Positions 18,003-27,244 of a stretch of DNA of 61,712 nucleotides are shown one piece after another; position 1 is the first letter of the stretch; each line of letters begins with the position of its first letter. The notes below the pieces were generated by a model. That model made no database searches. It was not told the DNA's origin and saw only the letters and a program-made list of their open reading frames with translations. Position numbers and translations under genes: made by a program. Source of the stretch: Candidatus Melainabacteria bacterium (GTDB taxonomy: Bacteria > Vulcanimicrobiota > JABDET01); NCBI GenBank assembly GCA_013286945.1, contig JABDET010000002.1, positions 1 through 61,712 on the forward strand, written 5' to 3'.

Positions 18003-18789
18003 GAAGATGTCCTTTCTAAATCAAAGACGGTTGATGGCTTTTCTTTTTGTTGTTTTTGTTTTAGGGTTGGCTTTTTCTTCCCCGCATTATGTTCACGCGG
18101 CCACAACCCCGACCATTGTGATGCCTAACATCAAGATCGAGGGACAAGCGGTAAAGCCAAAGTTCTTTGTCATCCCGATGCAGATGTTGATGTTGCTCTC
18201 GGTTCTTTCCTTGGCCCCCTACTTGCTCATGATGATGACCAGTTTCATACGTGTGACCATTGTCTTGTCGTTTATTCGCTCAGCGCTTGGAACTCAACAA
18301 GTCCCTCCAACGCAAGTGCTCATGGGCTTGGCTTTGTTTATCACGTTCTATATCATGGCCCCAGTAGGAAAGGAAATAAATACGCAAGCCATCCGCCCCT
18401 TAATGAAGGGAGAAATCTCTCAGGTGGATGCCTTTGGGCGCGCTTCATCACCGGTGCGTGAGTTTATGTTACGTCAGGTTCAAAGAGAAGACTTGGCTCT
18501 TTTTTTTGATTTGGCCAAATTGCCACGGCCAAAAACGAGAGAAGATGTTCCTTTGTATGTCTTAACGCCAGCATTCATGGTGAGTGAGATCAAGGTGGGC
18601 TTTGAAATTGGCTTTTTGATCTACATTCCATTCTTAATCATCGACATGGTGGTGGCCAGTGTGCTGATGAGCATGGGGATGTTCATGCTCTCTCCCATGA
18701 CCATTTCGCTCCCCTTTAAGCTGCTTTTGTTTGTGATGGTGGACGGCTGGGAACTGATCATCAAGGGACTGATCCTAAGTTTCCGCTAG
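17995..18789 (+). CDS. fliP: flagellar export apparatus protein FliP
   Basis: LSLAPYLLMMMTSFIRVTIVLSFIRSALG...FMVSEIKVGFEIGFLIYIPFLIIDMVVASVLMSMGM. Confidence 0.95.
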   Translation: MVKKMSFLNQRRLMAFLFVVFVLGLAFSSPHYVHAATTPTIVMPNIKIEGQAVKPKFFVIPMQMLMLLSVLSLAPYLLMMMTSFIRVTIVLSFIRSALGTQQVPPTQVLMGLALFITFYIMAPVGKEINTQAIRPLMKGEISQVDAFGRASSPVREFMLRQVQREDLALFFDLAKLPRPKTREDVPLYVLTPAFMVSEIKVGFEIGFLIYIPFLIIDMVVASVLMSMGMFMLSPMTISLPFKLLLFVMVDGWELIIKGLILSFR

Positions 18790-18798
18790 GAGTTTAGC

Positions 18799-19080
18799 AT
18801 GACAGAAACTTACATTTTGGGAATCGTGAGTAAGGCACTTTACCTCATTCTCTTTTGTTCGGCTCCGATGCTCATTTCGGCTTTGGTGGTGGGCTTAGTG
18901 ATTAGTGTGATTCAAGCCACAACTCAAATTCAAGAACAAACGTTAAGCTTTGTTCCGAAGATTATTGCCACCTTTGTTTCAGTCCTTTTGGCTGGACCTT
19001 GGATTGGTGGCGCCATTGGACGCTTTGCTGTCCAACTTTTTATGGACATTCCGCGCTTGACTCGTGGGGGAGGTCCATGA
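18799..19080 (+). CDS. fliQ: flagellar export apparatus protein FliQ
   Basis: LISALVVGLVISVIQATTQIQEQTLSFVPK. Confidence 0.93.
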   Translation: MTETYILGIVSKALYLILFCSAPMLISALVVGLVISVIQATTQIQEQTLSFVPKIIATFVSVLLAGPWIGGAIGRFAVQLFMDIPRLTRGGGP

Positions 19081-19081
19081 A

Positions 19082-19876
19082 ATGGACGCCATCGACCTGG
19101 GGATTCAGAGCTTTCTTTTCTTCTTACTTGTCTTTGCACGTCTCGTAGGCGTGTTTGTCCAAGCCCCGTTGTTTGGTCGCCCGAGAGGGGTGCCGATGGC
19201 GGCTCAAGTCGGTTACAGTTTAGCCATTTCTCTTGTTCTGTTTCATGTCTTGCCGATTCCAGCCCACATGCCAGACACGCCACTCACCTTTGCTTTTACC
19301 ATTGCAGGTCAAGTGCTGATTGGCTTGGTGCTTGGATTTGCTGCTTACATTGTGGCCGCCGGGGCTCAGTTTGCGGGTGAACTGGTCGACATTCAACTTG
19401 GACTGTCCGTGGCGGCAAGTTTTGATCCAAGCAGTGGTGGAACGGTTAACCTGATGCGGCAATTTGAATTTCGGCTGGCACTTCTCGTTTGGATTTTCAT
19501 TCATGGCGACTATTTTTTCTTTCGAGCTGTGGCCAGAAGCTATGAGCTCATCCCGGCTGACACTTTTTCTCTTCCACCTGCGGCGATCATGAAGCTTGTC
19601 GACATGTCGAACGGCATTTTTGTGATGGCGATGGAACTCAGTGCGCCGGTTTTGGTGGCCATCTTTATTACCCAGCTTGGTTTGGGTCTCCTCAATCGAG
19701 CGGCGCAACAATTCAATGTTTTCATGATTTCTTTTCCGGTTAACATCTTAATCGGTTTAGGGGTTCTTATCTTGAGCCTTTCCCCGATGCTCTATAAAGC
19801 GCTTCCAAATCTTTACTACCATTGGAACCAGGACTATATCAATTTGATCTTGGCGTTAAAAAAGGGGGCGCATTAG
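19082..19876 (+). CDS. fliR: flagellar export apparatus protein FliR
   Basis: Polytopic protein with FLLVFARLVGVFVQAPLFG. Alternative start 19064. Confidence 0.9.
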   Translation: MDAIDLGIQSFLFFLLVFARLVGVFVQAPLFGRPRGVPMAAQVGYSLAISLVLFHVLPIPAHMPDTPLTFAFTIAGQVLIGLVLGFAAYIVAAGAQFAGELVDIQLGLSVAASFDPSSGGTVNLMRQFEFRLALLVWIFIHGDYFFFRAVARSYELIPADTFSLPPAAIMKLVDMSNGIFVMAMELSAPVLVAIFITQLGLGLLNRAAQQFNVFMISFPVNILIGLGVLILSLSPMLYKALPNLYYHWNQDYINLILALKKGAH

Positions 19877-19890
19877 AAATAGTCATAGGA

Positions 19891-19943
19891 ATCCAGCGGT
19901 TTTTCACATCCGTGTGACCGCTGGATGAATTCATCCTGAATTC
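19891..19943 (+). other. two adjacent perfect hairpins between fliR and flhB
   Basis: ATCCAGCGGT-N16-ACCGCTGGAT (19891-19926), directly followed by GAATTCA-tcc-TGAATTC (19927-19943), then AGATTTTGG. Confidence 0.6.
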
Positions 19944-19995
19944 AGATTTTGGATTGAAGAGTTAACAAGCTACAGCCAAACGGAGGTGGTTAAAC

Positions 19996-21135
19996 ATGGC
20001 TGGCGATGATGGTGAGAAGACAGAAGAACCAACAGAACATAAGCTACAAGAAGCAAGAAAAAAGGGACAAGTTTTTAAAAGCATGGAGATCATCTCCGCC
20101 CTCCAATTTGCGGCCATGGCTTTAACGTTGGCATGGAGCAGTGCCTGGGGGATCCGGGGCCTCTCTTCTTTTACGCAAGACCTGTATCGCAGCATCGCCC
20201 ATCTTTCCTTTCAAAGTCAAGACGTTTGGATTCTCTGGGTGCATGCGTTGGAACTGCTCGCCAAGTTGTTGCTTCCTGTTTTGGGAGTGGCTGCACTAAC
20301 AGCGCTAATCTTGAACATTCTTCAAACAGGAATTGTTTTTTCTACTGAACCGTTAAATCCAACGCTCGAGAAGATTAGCCCCATTGAGGGCTTTAAGCGG
20401 ATGTTTTCTCGCAAATCTTTGGTCGAACTTTTTAAACAACTTTTCAAGATCACCATTATTGGTTGGGTTTCATACAAGATCATGCGAAACTCCCTTGATT
20501 CTCTCGTGAATACCGTGGTTTGGGATTTGCATCAAGTCCTTGCTTTTGCCAAGGACCTGATGTTTCGGATCATCTGGTACATCTCGGCGGCTTATCTCAT
20601 CATGGCCGTGGTCGATTTCTTGATTCAGAGGAAACTTTTCATGCGCCAGATGAGGATGTCTATTCAGGAATTGAAAGATGAGTTTAAGGATACGGAAGGC
20701 GATCCGCACATCAAGGCGAGAATGCGCCAGATGCAACGCCAACTCTTAGAGCAAAGCATGATGCGCGACGTTCCAAATGCCAGCGCTGTCGTGACCAACC
20801 CCACGCATTTGGCTATCGCTCTTAAATATGAACAAGGGAAAGCGGAAGCCCCCGTTGTGGTGGCCAAAGGGGAACGCCTTGTGGCTCAACACATCAAGGA
20901 ATTGGCGGAAGAAAATCAGGTTCCCATTATTGAAAACGTGGGGCTTGCACGAGCGCTTTTTGAAAGCTGCCAGATTGGGCAACTTATTCCAGGGAATCTC
21001 TATAAAGCTGTGGCTGAAGTTTTGGCCTTTGTTTATCGGCTGAAGCGAAGAAGAGAACTGGCCAGGAAACGGTCGATTTTGCGAATACGGGAACCGCTCC
21101 CTCGAGAGAAGTCAAAAACGATGAAGGGTCGATAA
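19996..21135 (+). CDS. flhB: flagellar export switch protein FlhB
   Basis: EKTEEPTEHKLQEARKKGQV N-terminus and NPTH autocleavage site (VVTNPTHLAIAL). Confidence 0.95.
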   Translation: MAGDDGEKTEEPTEHKLQEARKKGQVFKSMEIISALQFAAMALTLAWSSAWGIRGLSSFTQDLYRSIAHLSFQSQDVWILWVHALELLAKLLLPVLGVAALTALILNILQTGIVFSTEPLNPTLEKISPIEGFKRMFSRKSLVELFKQLFKITIIGWVSYKIMRNSLDSLVNTVVWDLHQVLAFAKDLMFRIIWYISAAYLIMAVVDFLIQRKLFMRQMRMSIQELKDEFKDTEGDPHIKARMRQMQRQLLEQSMMRDVPNASAVVTNPTHLAIALKYEQGKAEAPVVVAKGERLVAQHIKELAEENQVPIIENVGLARALFESCQIGQLIPGNLYKAVAEVLAFVYRLKRRRELARKRSILRIREPLPREKSKTMKGR

Positions 21136-21136
21136 C

Positions 21137-23278
21137 GTGGATCAAAATACCCCCTTAGGACGTCTGCTCCGTAATTCGAACGTCTTAGCTGCCTTGCTCT
21201 TGGTGGCCATTGTTTTCATGTTGATTATCCCCTTGCCGCCACTCCTGTTGGATATGCTTTTGACCATTAATATCTTGATAGGAATCGCGGTGTTGGTCAT
21301 CAGTATTTACATTAAAGATCCCCTCGAGTTTGCCGTTTTCCCATCCGTGTTATTGACAGCTACCCTTTTCCGGTTAGCCTTGGATATCTCGGCTGCGCGA
21401 TTGATTCTTGTTTATGGACATCTCACGACCAAGGTCCCTCCGATGGGCTTGCCTGTTGCTGGGCAAGACGGAAGCGTGGGACAGGTGATTCCTCGTATTG
21501 CCGACGTGATGGTTAAGGGGGATATTGTTACTGGGCTTATCGTGTTTATCATGCTAATCGCCGCACAATTTATCGTGATTACCCAAGGTGCTGAACGTAT
21601 CGCACAAGTGGCTGCCCGATTTACCTTGGACGCCATGCCTGGCAAGCAAATGGCGATTGATGCTGACCTTCATTCTGGGTTAATCGACCCTGAAGCGGCC
21701 AAGCAACGGCGCCGAGACATAGAACGCGAAGCTGACTTTTATGGGGCCATGGATGGCGCAGGGAAGTTTGTTAAAGGGGACGCCATGATGGCCATTGTGG
21801 TGATGATCGTTGGGATCATCGGTGGATTGATTGTGGGAATGGTTCAACATCACATGTCAGCTCATGAGGCTCTTTCTCTTTACATTTTGCTTGTGGTCGG
21901 AAACGGATTGGTGACCACGATTCCCGCATTCTTGATGTCGACAAGCATGGGCATGGTGGTGACTCGCGCGGCTTCGGAAGCCAACTTGGGTGCTGATGTG
22001 ATTCGACAAGTGACCCAACAACCGGTGGCTTTAAAGGTGGCGGGTTGGGGCTCAGTATTTTTGGCCTTTCTGGGTTTTACCGACATTTTTCCACTTCCGT
22101 GGTTTTCGTTCGCGGTGATGGGTACGATTCTTCTCGTGGTCGGGCGCCTCTTATCACGCCAAACCGAAGACGAAAAAGTGGTGGTTCGCCAACAAGAGAA
22201 GAAAGCGGCGGAAGATGCCACCAAGCGACCCGAGAGTGTGGTTTCACTCATGCAAGTGGATCCACTCAGCGTGGAGGTTGGGCGTTCCTTGCTCCCCTTG
22301 GTCGATCCGAATCAGGGAGCGAAACTTCTTGAACGTGTGAGCTCGATTCGAAAACACATTGCGATGGAAATGGGAATCATCGTCCCGGGTGTGCGGTTTA
22401 GAGATAATCTTCAGCTAAAGCCAAACGCTTATTCGGTCAAGATTAAGGATGTGGAGGTTGGACATGGCGAGGTAATGATGAATCACTTTTTAGCCATCGG
22501 TCCGGACAATCAACTAAAAAACCTTCGAGGAACTCGGACGATTGATCCAACCTATGGGATGCCCGGAGTTTGGATTCCGCCAGAACAGCGAGGAGAGGCA
22601 GAGCGATTGGGGTGCATGATTTTTGATACGGTGAGTGTGGTGGCTACCCACATCACGGAAGTGGTCCGCACCCACGGGGCCGACCTCTTGGGTCGCCAAG
22701 AAACCCAGGCCTTGATTGATACGGTGAAAAAGACCCATCCTGCCGTGGTCAAAGATGTGATTCCAGAATTGATTTCCCTTGTCGAAGTTCAGAAAATCTT
22801 GCAAAATCTCGTGAAGGAACGGGTGAGCATCCGTGACTTGGTGACCATTCTTGAAACCATTGGCGACTATGTTCACGTGACCAAGGACCCGGACCTCCTC
22901 ACCGAATATTGCCGACAAGCCCTTTCGCGGGTCATTTGTCGGGAGTACGTCAACAATGAGGGGAACATTAATGTCTTCACGTTGGATCCTCAGATCGAAC
23001 AAATGATCACCCAATCGATCCAAAGAACGGATTATGGCTCTTTCTTAGCCCTTGACCCTCAAGTGGGTCAGGAAATTCTAAGTGCGATTGGAGAACAGTT
23101 GAAAAAGCTAACCGATCGCGGATTGCAGCCGATTGTTTTGTGTAATCCCCAGGTGAGACTCTATGTTCGAAAGCTCACGGAGCGCGCCTTCCCAAATCTC
23201 ATCGTCCTTTCTTACAATGAGATTGCACCCAAAGTCAACATTCAATCCGTAGGCCAAGTCAGCCTTACGATGGTGTAG
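21137..23278 (+). CDS. flhA: flagellar export gate protein FlhA
   Basis: FHIPEP signatures: ITQGAERIAQVAARFTLDAMPGKQMAIDADL, with the cytoplasmic domain intact. Confidence 0.95.
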   Translation: MDQNTPLGRLLRNSNVLAALLLVAIVFMLIIPLPPLLLDMLLTINILIGIAVLVISIYIKDPLEFAVFPSVLLTATLFRLALDISAARLILVYGHLTTKVPPMGLPVAGQDGSVGQVIPRIADVMVKGDIVTGLIVFIMLIAAQFIVITQGAERIAQVAARFTLDAMPGKQMAIDADLHSGLIDPEAAKQRRRDIEREADFYGAMDGAGKFVKGDAMMAIVVMIVGIIGGLIVGMVQHHMSAHEALSLYILLVVGNGLVTTIPAFLMSTSMGMVVTRAASEANLGADVIRQVTQQPVALKVAGWGSVFLAFLGFTDIFPLPWFSFAVMGTILLVVGRLLSRQTEDEKVVVRQQEKKAAEDATKRPESVVSLMQVDPLSVEVGRSLLPLVDPNQGAKLLERVSSIRKHIAMEMGIIVPGVRFRDNLQLKPNAYSVKIKDVEVGHGEVMMNHFLAIGPDNQLKNLRGTRTIDPTYGMPGVWIPPEQRGEAERLGCMIFDTVSVVATHITEVVRTHGADLLGRQETQALIDTVKKTHPAVVKDVIPELISLVEVQKILQNLVKERVSIRDLVTILETIGDYVHVTKDPDLLTEYCRQALSRVICREYVNNEGNINVFTLDPQIEQMITQSIQRTDYGSFLALDPQVGQEILSAIGEQLKKLTDRGLQPIVLCNPQVRLYVRKLTERAFPNLIVLSYNEIAPKVNIQSVGQVSLTMV

Positions 23279-23287
23279 GCTTCGAAT

Positions 23288-24139
23288 TTAAACTAAGACA
23301 AGTTGAGAGTCCCGTGGCGTGGCTAGGGTGTCCCCCCAAGATTCTTCATCCTCTTCGTGGTCTAATCTAATCTCGTTATGTGTCATGAACCAACGGACTC
23401 CAGCTGATTTAAGTCCAATCGATTGAATGATGGTCATTTCGATGCTTTGCCACTGAATCAATAATTCCAAATCCACACGTTGGTCATTCTTGGGATGGAC
23501 TACCTTTTCGATTTCAAGAGTTTGGCTTAGGCTCGGATGACCGGGATAGATTTTATTGTAAGTTGTTGATTGTACAAAACAGTATCGTTTCCTAAGATAA
23601 GGAGTATGAGGGAGTTCCACTTCGGTAATGGGGGAACTTGTTTTATAAAAACCTTGATCAATGAGTGAATCAAACTCTCCCAGATTTTCAACCTTGAGTT
23701 CATCAGCATGTTCGATAATGCCAGAACCTCTTTCCTTGAGTTCTTTTAATAATTCCGAATCGACTTCTCCACCAATATCTAACTCAGAATTGCTGCTCCC
23801 AAAGCACTTATTAATCGTGACTCTTCTCTCCGCCCAATCCCAGCCGAGCTGATGGCGAAGCGGGCTACTAAAGGTATTCAAATGAACAATATCCGGATCA
23901 AAGTCAAGGGTTTGTCCTTGTCTCCCTTTATCTTGGGTAAAATCCACCCAGTAACTTTCCCCTCTCCTTTTTTGGAGGTAAGTGATGGTTTGTGGGTGGG
24001 AAAAGATCTGTTTTAGGTCAGCAAAAGGAAGGCTCATACGTTCTAGAAAAGCGGTATGAACTGCAGAGTCTATTTGAAGTTGACCTGTTTGGTCACGAAG
24101 TAGCCTTGGAGCTAAAGTGATTCGGTTCACCGTGGTCAT
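23288..24139 (-). CDS. hypothetical protein (orphan, AT-richer than neighbours)
   Basis: 283-aa uninterrupted ORF convergent on flhA. No recognisable motif, no obvious SD. Confidence 0.45.
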   Translation of the reverse strand: MTTVNRITLAPRLLRDQTGQLQIDSAVHTAFLERMSLPFADLKQIFSHPQTITYLQKRRGESYWVDFTQDKGRQGQTLDFDPDIVHLNTFSSPLRHQLGWDWAERRVTINKCFGSSNSELDIGGEVDSELLKELKERGSGIIEHADELKVENLGEFDSLIDQGFYKTSSPITEVELPHTPYLRKRYCFVQSTTYNKIYPGHPSLSQTLEIEKVVHPKNDQRVDLELLIQWQSIEMTIIQSIGLKSAGVRWFMTHNEIRLDHEEDEESWGDTLATPRDSQLVLV

Positions 24140-24200
24140 TGCTCAAGAATACTTAATCAAAGAAGGGAAAACCTTTCAAAACGGCTAATCTTCGTATTCT

Positions 24201-24352
24201 TGCCGCAGACCGTGGGCCCAATGCTGATGAAGCATGGATAATGGAACTCTGGTTCCACCTACCGAGGCACACTCAGTGAAAAACCAAAACTGATTGTTGA
24301 AGCGCTTGCCTATTTTCAGCCTTCGCTTTTGTCTGCGGAGGCTTTATTATTT
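24201..24352 (+). promoter_or_regulatory. putative rplJ (L10) leader with terminal attenuator hairpin
   Basis: Nested helices TGCC(24201)/GGCA(24266), CCAATGC/GCATGG and GGAAC/GTTCC. Then AGCCTTCGC-N8-GCGGAGGCT (24318-24343), followed by TTATTATTT just 5' of the rplJ SD. Confidence 0.4.
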
Positions 24353-24378
24353 AAGGAAATTTTATGGAAAGGAGGTAG

Positions 24379-25113
24379 ATGATGAGCCCAACGAAGGCCA
24401 AAGAAGTTCGACCCGAAAAATTGGAAGCGGTCAAGGAAATCAAAGAAAGATTTCAACGGGCCAAAATTGCCATCTTCACGGATTATCAGGGACAAAAGGG
24501 TCTCCCCGTGACCGAAGTGCAAAAGCTTCGTCGCAAGCTTCTTGAGAGCAAAGGGGAACTCAAGGTGATGAAAAACAGTTTGGCAGAAAAAGCACTCGAA
24601 TCCCTTAAAATTGAAAAGCTTTCGACCTACTTTAAACACGCGTCTGCGGTGGCATTTGGCTATGATGATCCTGCATTGACAGCCAAAGCACTCTTCGAAT
24701 TCACGAAGGATACAAAAAAGGACAAGAACGATCCAGGCTTGCCGATCATTAAAGGAGCTTGGTATGGTGAAGCCATTATTGGACCGGACCAGGTTCGTTT
24801 TCTCGCTTCACTCCCCCCTAAACCGATTCTCCTGTCCCAATTGCTTGGAACCATGAATGCTCCAATCACCGGATTGGTAACGGTTCTAAGCGGAACACTG
24901 CGTGGATTGGTTACCGTCCTTGCCCAGATTCGAAAACAAAAGGAAAGCAGTGCTCCCCCTGTGAAGCCTGCCCCAGTGAAAGAGGAAGCTGTGTCGAGTG
25001 CAGAACCTGCTCCAGCAAAAGACAGCCCTGTGCCAACCGTGGAACCTGAACTAGCCCAAGAGAGCGGCGCGGCAAGTGTGGAGCCTACTCAACCCGATGA
25101 AGGTGTGAAGTAA
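24379..25113 (+). CDS. rplJ: 50S ribosomal protein L10 with about 55-aa Pro/Ala/Glu-rich C-terminal extension
   Basis: KERFQRAKIAIFTDYQGQKGLPVTEVQKLRRKL...AVAFGYDDP. GGAAAGGAGG SD. Confidence 0.9.
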   Translation: MMSPTKAKEVRPEKLEAVKEIKERFQRAKIAIFTDYQGQKGLPVTEVQKLRRKLLESKGELKVMKNSLAEKALESLKIEKLSTYFKHASAVAFGYDDPALTAKALFEFTKDTKKDKNDPGLPIIKGAWYGEAIIGPDQVRFLASLPPKPILLSQLLGTMNAPITGLVTVLSGTLRGLVTVLAQIRKQKESSAPPVKPAPVKEEAVSSAEPAPAKDSPVPTVEPELAQESGAASVEPTQPDEGVK

Positions 25114-25158
25114 ACGTAAGTAAGATTGATTGAATTATCCTTAAGGAGGAACAACATC

Positions 25159-25554
25159 ATGGCAACAAAGACATTAAGCAAAGAAGAAATCTTGGATGCA
25201 ATCGCTTCTCTCAGTGTGCTGGAACTTGCAGAATTGGTGAAGGCGCTTGAAGAGAAATTTGGCGTGAGCGCGGCTGCGCCAGTAGCCGTTGCTGCGGCCG
25301 CCGCACCCGCGGCTGGCGGAGGTCATCCCGCAGCCGAGGAAGCCGCCACGGTTTCCGTGATCTTGAAAGAGGCCGGACCGAACAAGATCAATGTCATCAA
25401 AGTCGTTCGCGAAGTCACCCCGTTGGGGTTAAAGGAAGCCAAAGACTTGGTGGATGGTGCTCCAAAAGCGGTTAAGGAAGGGATTGCTAAGGAAGAAGCC
25501 GCGACCATTAAGAAGAAGTTTGAAGACGCCGGCGCCAAAGTCGAAATCAAATAA
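25159..25554 (+). CDS. rplL: 50S ribosomal protein L7/L12
   Basis: [31 protein letters not shown]...[40 protein letters not shown] before ATG 25159. Confidence 0.95.
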   Translation: MATKTLSKEEILDAIASLSVLELAELVKALEEKFGVSAAAPVAVAAAAAPAAGGGHPAAEEAATVSVILKEAGPNKINVIKVVREVTPLGLKEAKDLVDGAPKAVKEGIAKEEAATIKKKFEDAGAKVEIK

Positions 25555-25577
25555 GGGATTCATTAGGTTCGGATGTT

Positions 25578-25618
25578 AAAGCTTGTGGTGATGAGCATTT
25601 GCTCGCCACAAGCTTTTT
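25578..25618 (+). terminator. rho-independent terminator after rplL
   Basis: AAAGCTTGTGG...CCACAAGCTTT stem followed by a T-run. Confidence 0.75.
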
Positions 25619-25682
25619 CGTTGGAGAGGCCCATCCCCGTTCATTTCTGTGGAGGGGTGCCTCGATAATTTGACGAAGAGTG

Positions 25683-25711
25683 TTGCGAAATTGGTCAAAT
25701 CAGAGTAGAAT
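25683..25711 (+). promoter_or_regulatory. sigma70 promoter for pdxST (TTGCGA-17-TAGAAT)
   Basis: Hexamers at 25683-25688 and 25706-25711. Confidence 0.5.
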
Positions 25712-25747
25712 GAGAGTAGAAGCAATTTCGGGAGGTCTAAGCCGTTC

Positions 25748-26632
25748 ATGGCCAAAGAAGGCACAATCACCGTAAAAAGAGGCTTGGCGCAGATGCTTAA
25801 GGGTGGCGTCATCATGGATGTCATCAACGCAGAACAAGCCAAGATCTCGGAAGAAGCGGGCGCTGTGGCCGTGATGGCCTTAGAGCGCGTTCCATCTGAC
25901 ATTCGTGCAGAAGGGGGCGTAGCGCGGATGGCCGATCCGGCTATCATACAGAAGATCATCGATGCGGTATCCATCCCGGTCATGGCAAAATGCAGAATTG
26001 GGCATTTTGTCGAAGCTCAGATCTTGGAATCTCTTGGAGTCGACTTTATTGACGAGAGTGAAGTTTTAACCCCTGCCGATGAGCACTTCCATGTGAACAA
26101 GCAATCGTTTAAAGTTCCCTTTGTTTGTGGTTGTCGCGATCTCGGTGAAGCCTTGCGGCGCATTGGGGAAGGGGCCGCCATGATTCGAACCAAGGGAGAA
26201 GCGGGAACCGGAAATATTGTGGAAGCGGTCCGCCACATGCGGACTGTCATCGATGGAATCCGGAAGCTTTCAGTTCTTCCGAAAGAAGAACTCATGACCG
26301 AGGCAAAGAACTTGGGTGCTCCTTATGAACTCGTGCTAGAAGTAGCGAAAACGGGGCGATTACCGGTGGTGAACTTTGCTGCAGGGGGTGTTGCCACACC
26401 AGCCGATGCAGCCCTGATGATGCAGTTGGGTTGTGATGGCGTTTTTGTCGGATCAGGAATTTTCAAATCGAGTGATCCAAAAAATCGCGCTAAAGCGATT
26501 GTGGAAGCCGTAGCCCACTACGATGATCCAAAGCGATTGGCAGAGATTTCAAAAGGCTTGGGAGAGCCGATGCCGAGTCTCGACGTCCGAAAACTCCCCG
26601 AAAAAGAATTGCTCGCAACTCGCGGATGGTAA
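25748..26632 (+). CDS. pdxS: pyridoxal 5'-phosphate synthase lyase subunit PdxS
   Basis: [42 protein letters not shown]... is highly conserved. Confidence 0.97.
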   Translation: MAKEGTITVKRGLAQMLKGGVIMDVINAEQAKISEEAGAVAVMALERVPSDIRAEGGVARMADPAIIQKIIDAVSIPVMAKCRIGHFVEAQILESLGVDFIDESEVLTPADEHFHVNKQSFKVPFVCGCRDLGEALRRIGEGAAMIRTKGEAGTGNIVEAVRHMRTVIDGIRKLSVLPKEELMTEAKNLGAPYELVLEVAKTGRLPVVNFAAGGVATPADAALMMQLGCDGVFVGSGIFKSSDPKNRAKAIVEAVAHYDDPKRLAEISKGLGEPMPSLDVRKLPEKELLATRGW

Positions 26633-26646
26633 AAAGGAGCTCCGAC

Positions 26647-27237
26647 ATGAAAGTGGGTGTCTTAGCTTTCCAGGGAGATGTGGAGGAACATTTGGAGATC
26701 TTAAAAACTCTGGGCGTTCAAACCATCGCTGTGAAGCGTCCGTATGAGCTTGAAATTGTCGATGGTCTTATTCTTCCAGGGGGAGAATCAACGACCGTCG
26801 GGCTTCTCTTGAAAGAAACAGGTTTGGATCAGGCCATTCGGAAACGAGCGAAAGAGGGGATGCCGGTCTGGGGAACTTGCATGGGAATAATCCTCATGGC
26901 AAAAAAACTCTTAGATAATCCGATTGAACAGCCGATTTTAGGATTGATGGACATTACGGTAAGGCGAAATGCGTTTGGCCGTCAAAGGGAGTCCTTCGAA
27001 GAAGAAATATCCATTCCAGCGTTGAAGTGCGAGGCATTCCCTTCGGTTTTTATTCGCGCTCCCATCGTTGAGGCCGTGGGTCCGGAAGTGGAAACGATGG
27101 CTTTGTATCAAGGGAAAGCCGTTCTTGTCCAAGAAAAAAATCTCATGGGGAGCACGTTTCATCCGGAGATTGCAAAAGACAGTCGTATTCATCAGCATTT
27201 CCTTAATCTCATTAAGGAGCGGGGGTCGAACAACTAA
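26647..27237 (+). CDS. pdxT: pyridoxal 5'-phosphate synthase glutaminase subunit PdxT
   Basis: MKVGVLAFQGDVEEH, GLILPGGESTT, PVWGTCMG, FHPE. Confidence 0.95.
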   Translation: MKVGVLAFQGDVEEHLEILKTLGVQTIAVKRPYELEIVDGLILPGGESTTVGLLLKETGLDQAIRKRAKEGMPVWGTCMGIILMAKKLLDNPIEQPILGLMDITVRRNAFGRQRESFEEEISIPALKCEAFPSVFIRAPIVEAVGPEVETMALYQGKAVLVQEKNLMGSTFHPEIAKDSRIHQHFLNLIKERGSNN

Positions 27238-27244
27238 ACCATTG

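Noticed and set aside
27068-27241. Upstream extension of the DUF62 ORF
   Set aside because: It overlaps the pdxT coding sequence. The conserved N-terminus (VVLMTDFG) begins right after the pdxT stop.
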